Below, piece after piece: positions 62,748 to 64,000 of a stretch of 64,000 nucleotides of DNA (within the stretch, counting starts at the first letter, position 1; every line of letters begins with the position of its first letter). The stretch is taken from contig MU056000.1 of NCBI GenBank assembly GCA_013239625.1, forward strand, positions 10,117,175 to 10,181,174, read 5' to 3'. The notes under the pieces are model-generated. The model searched no databases, was not told the DNA's origin, and was given only the letters and a program-made list of their open reading frames with translations. The stretch is from Lama guanicoe (lineage: Eukaryota). The position numbers were made by a program, and so were the translations under genes.

Positions 62748-64000
62748 GTGAGTCCTGCGTGCGTGTGGCTCGTCACCGCTCCCACTGTTCCGAGAGGTGC
62801 GTGCTCCGTTCTATGGAAAACTACTCAACAGTAGCCTGAATTCCAAGTGGACAAAGTAGTGTAACATGAAAACCATGATCTTCCTCCTTATTTCCCTTTT
62901 GTGACCATCCTGTGGGTGCAGGGGTGAGAAGGTACGTGCTGTGAGTGAAGGACTTTGTGTGGTGACGGTGGGGTTGGGGTGCCCAGTGGGCTGGGATGTT
63001 AGGATGTGGTGCCTGAGGTGGAAGTAAAGCAAGAGTTGGTGGAGGGTTCTGATACCACGACCCAGTCAAAGGGAAGGTCAGAAGTGGGGCTCAGTTCCCA
63101 GTGGTGGATTTGTTTCTGTCTCCATGCTGAGCTACGGTTCTTTAAAAGTATTCTCTTGGTTTATAGCATGAACTGTGTGGGGCATTAAAAATCCTTGCCA
63201 GCTAATATGCCAAGACACCGAGTTTGAGAACCTTCATTCAATCGGAGACCCTACTCACACCAGCCAGGGAGACTTTTTAGTGTTGATGCTGGAGCACTGG
63301 GAATAGGCAAAGCTTTCTTTCCCAGAGCGCCCCGAAGTGAGGAGCAGGTAATAGGAACTGGCCTGGTAATAGGAACTTAGAATCTTTGCTTCTGCTCTAG
63401 AAATGTATTTTGCAGGTTTGACTTATGCAGCTAGTGGACAGCTGGTGGAGGAACCACCCCCCATTAATTATTAAGATTATTTTTTGGCGAATAGAATATT
63501 GCTCCACATAATCCAAGAATAGAGCCAGCCTGGAATAAGAGATTGCTGTGTGCTGGGGGCTGGAGGGTGGAAAAGGTCATCCTCACTCTAGAAAGGCGTG
63601 CATGAGTGACGTGGGAGGGTGACAAGGGAGTTCCTTGGAGACTGAATGAGGATGTGTAGAAGGAAACTCGGTCATAATACAGGCCACAGAGTAACTGTGA
63701 GCAGTATGTTGTGCAAGAGATAATAGAAGGTGGTCAGCAGCAGCATAATGGATCCTAAAGATTGAGGCAGATGTCACCGATCCCCCACAGCACATGGTTG
63801 GTGGCACCCCTGACACCAGCCAGGGAACAGTGTTGCCCTTTGGTGACCCCTCCCGGCCGTGACGGATGAAAGTCAGCTTTGGCATGGATGGTCTGACCTT
63901 CAGAGGAAGTGCTTGGGTTTTTCTGTTGGGTATCCTTTGTGGGAAGACTGTCACATTGTGTCATTGGTGGCAGAGCAATGGGCCTCTGCTTGGAAAAGTT

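Noticed and set aside
63347..63377. 13-bp direct repeat GGTAATAGGAACT x2
   Set aside because: Single local micro-duplication, not an array.
1..64000. CRISPR arrays, operons, nested genes, snoRNA/miRNA or processed pseudogenes
   Set aside because: Eukaryotic intronic DNA; I recognised no repeat-spacer array, retrocopied ORF or known ncRNA. An Infernal/Rfam and BLASTX search would be needed to exclude small ones.

Overview
Mammalian genomic DNA from the 5' part of the TRIO (Trio Rho-GEF) gene on the + strand. The window holds the last ~55 kb of the very long first intron, coding exon 2 (55081-55155), intron 2 (~7.5 kb), coding exon 3 (62633-62747) and the start of intron 3. The two exons encode the start of the SEC14/CRAL-TRIO domain. 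The rest is intronic and carries ordinary placental interspersed repeats (MIR, L2, old L1, hAT/Tigger MITEs, MaLR and ERV1 solo LTRs), microsatellites and one small assembly gap. The young tRNA-derived SINEs suggest a camelid (alpaca/llama/camel); this is an inference. Apart from the one overlapping exon 3, the supplied ORFs look like noise. I found no convincing novel system. The best leads are candidate alternative first or cryptic exons and compact CpG/motif-rich regulatory elements in intron 1, all of which are speculative. Repeat family names and boundaries were judged by eye and are approximate.
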